Below, piece after piece: positions 62,309-64,000 of a stretch of DNA of 64,000 nt. The stretch's first letter is position 1. Each line of letters begins with the position of its first letter. The stretch is taken from contig CBDEFO010000007.1 in NCBI GenBank assembly GCA_965237525.1, positions 352,001 through 416,000 on the forward strand. The letters run 5' to 3'. The notes beneath the pieces are model-generated. The model saw only the letters and a program-made list of their open reading frames with translations, had not been told where the DNA came from and did no database searches. The position numbers and the translations under genes were made by a program. The DNA is from Candidatus Latescibacterota bacterium. Lineage in GTDB: Bacteria; Latescibacterota; CBDEFO01.

Positions 62309-63016
62309 ATGGCTGCTCTTTCAAGATGGATGATTCTGGTGCATCTTGTTTGTCTGGCAGTCTCTTGCTATGCACAGGATGAGCGGCACGGCCGCTTTGT
62401 CGGGGAGGATGGCAACAAGTCCCCGATTGAATCTATCGGGGATCATATGAAAAGGGACGCCGGGATGGTACAGATCGAGAATTTCAAGATAGACAGGTAC
62501 GAGTATCCGAATATCGTGGGGGAATATCCGCTTTATAATGTGAGTTGGTACGAAGCTCAGGCTAAGTGTAAATCTAAAGGGAAACGCCTATGTTCTGAAG
62601 CAGAATGGGAAAGAGCTTGCACCGGGATGAATAATCACGTGTATCCTTATGGGAACAGTTTCGATGAAGACAAGTGCAATACGCCCCATCAAGTGGATGG
62701 AAACTGGGGACGCGACAGGGGTATTGCAAAGATAGGAAAGTGGAAAGAATGTGTCAGCGACTATGGTGTCTATGATATGAGCGGGAATGTGTGGGAGTGG
62801 GTCGATGGGGTCTACTCTTCAAGGGAGGGATGGCGTGTGGTCAAGGGGGGATCGTGGTTTCAAAACGTGAACTTCGCGACGTGTTCTGCCAGATACGGAA
62901 GATATCTGACTCCAGATTACAGGCTGGATCTGATAGGCTTTAGATGTTGTCAGTCCCCGATTGAACCTATCGGGGATCAGTCTGTAGCGGTAGAAACAGA
63001 TGGGGACCAGAATTAA
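62309..63016 (+). CDS. FGE-sulfatase (SUMF1/EgtB/PvdO) domain exported protein
   Basis: Signal peptide; RLCSEAEWERAC, GVYDMSGNVWEW and IGFRCC; AGGAGG RBS. Confidence 0.88.
   Translation: MAALSRWMILVHLVCLAVSCYAQDERHGRFVGEDGNKSPIESIGDHMKRDAGMVQIENFKIDRYEYPNIVGEYPLYNVSWYEAQAKCKSKGKRLCSEAEWERACTGMNNHVYPYGNSFDEDKCNTPHQVDGNWGRDRGIAKIGKWKECVSDYGVYDMSGNVWEWVDGVYSSREGWRVVKGGSWFQNVNFATCSARYGRYLTPDYRLDLIGFRCCQSPIEPIGDQSVAVETDGDQN
62422..62440 (-). repeat. 19-bp micro-element inside a CDS
   Basis: GTC^CCCGATTGAATCTATCGGG^GATC; translated as SPIESIGD. Confidence 0.85.
62956..62974 (-). repeat. 19-bp micro-element inside a CDS
   Basis: GTC^CCCGATTGAACCTATCGGG^GATC; translated as SPIEPIGD. Confidence 0.85.
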
Positions 63017-63057
63017 AGATTTGCAAGAACCTGCCGATAACGTACGTAATCGCAGGT

Positions 63058-63233
63058 TCTCCTCCTTTATTAAGGCTTAAGGGGGCGGGATGCCGCTTAC
63101 AGGCGGAGCGATTGTTTCCTGCATCGTCTTCCAGTGCGCGGAGGTCCAGGCAGAAGCGTGATCCGCTTCTGTACGATGGTCCCAAATTCTGAAGTAAGTT
63201 GAGGCTGTTCTCATTGTGAGATCAGCCTTTTCT
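63058..63233. ncRNA. Candidate structured ncRNA (long rod, 6S-like architecture)
   Basis: Long imperfect hairpin 63087-63183, followed by a terminator-like hairpin 63202-63233. Confidence 0.3.
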
Positions 63234-63389
63234 TATATTGCGACAACTATCTATAATATATCTCACTTAAAATAAAGCACTTATAGGAAGTCAGCTTTCA
63301 GCTAATCGCCCTCCTCTTTCTCCTTGGAGTTCCTCTGGTGACCCCCAAGATTCAGTTTGTCAATGGAATCCCTCAGGTGATCTGGAGCA

Positions 63390-63830
63390 AGATGGGCTTA
63401 GCGTAGTATCATCTCAATCTGGTTTGTGTCCTATGAGCTTTTGGACTGTGGCAAGGTCAACACCAGAAATCACAAGCCATGAGGCGAAGCTGTGCCTCAG
63501 ATTGTGAAACTTAGTGTTAGTCATGCCTGCCCTTTCTAGAGCGCCTGCAAAGTCGTTCCTCACCTCTTGGCAGCAGCTAACTTTCTTGCTGTAGAACACA
63601 TAGGGCTAGAAATATGTCGTGGATGTCTGCGTAAGGTTTCCCCTAAAATCTGCTTCACGGGTTTAGTGCGGTTGTCGCAGTTTCCAGTGCGAAGACTTTT
63701 TCTATTTTTGACTACTTTTACTCCCTGTTAAGAGTCTACATCCTCCCAAATTGAGTTTAAGGATCTCACCCTTTCTAAGGCCCCTATAAAGAGCATCAAC
63801 TATAACGGGATACAGATGTCGTGCGTTCTC
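63390..63830 (-). pseudogene. Tyrosine integrase remnant
   Basis: GLRKGEIL and FHNLRHSFASWLV.SGVDL.TVQKLIGHK fragments in broken frames. Confidence 0.8.
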
Positions 63831-64000
63831 AATGTCCGCCACGGGCGTTTCACTCCTGTCTCCAGATGCTCTTCATCTGCCACGCTTCCAGAGAGCGCAA
63901 GGCCGCATCGCGACCCTGAGCACGAATGGATACGCCCACGCTGTCCTTACGCTCGGGGTATACCCGGAGGGCGAGACATTGTCTGCCGTTGGCGAAGACT

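Noticed and set aside
21952..62974. 19-bp palindromes as CRISPR repeats
   Set aside because: They are dispersed, in both orientations, with no regular spacers and no cas genes.

Overview
Bacterial chromosomal window. The gene content (FlgD/T9SS-type C-terminal domain, FG-GAP and beta-propeller proteins) suggests an FCB-group or other uncultured lineage; this is inference only. A housekeeping backbone (two B12-radical SAM genes, Ldh_2, nadD-like, panE-like, cyclophilin, MFS-HEAT, dksA-like, folC, glcE/glcF, cstA, pduO, mce, sbcD/sbcC) is interrupted by a decayed ~20.8 kb genomic island (13990-34827). The island is bounded by a 17-bp direct repeat and carries AGTAGAA arm-type repeats, a broken tyrosine integrase and an attC-like cassette. 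Three copies of a 1521-bp IS1182-family element are present; two split genes whose reading frames can be reconstructed. The most unusual signal is a family of at least 16 copies of a 19-bp palindromic micro-element (consensus CCCRATAGRTTCAATYGGG). One copy is demonstrably inserted, without target duplication, into one IS copy relative to its two sisters. The family prefers TC^GA targets, nests inside itself, shows compensatory stem changes and alters protein ends. Also present are a 1030-bp tandem duplication of amidohydrolase genes, a partial pduO duplication around a tauD-like gene, a candidate structured ncRNA near 63.1 kb, and several short homopolymer frameshifts that may be sequencing errors. 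No CRISPR array, tRNA or rRNA was recognised.
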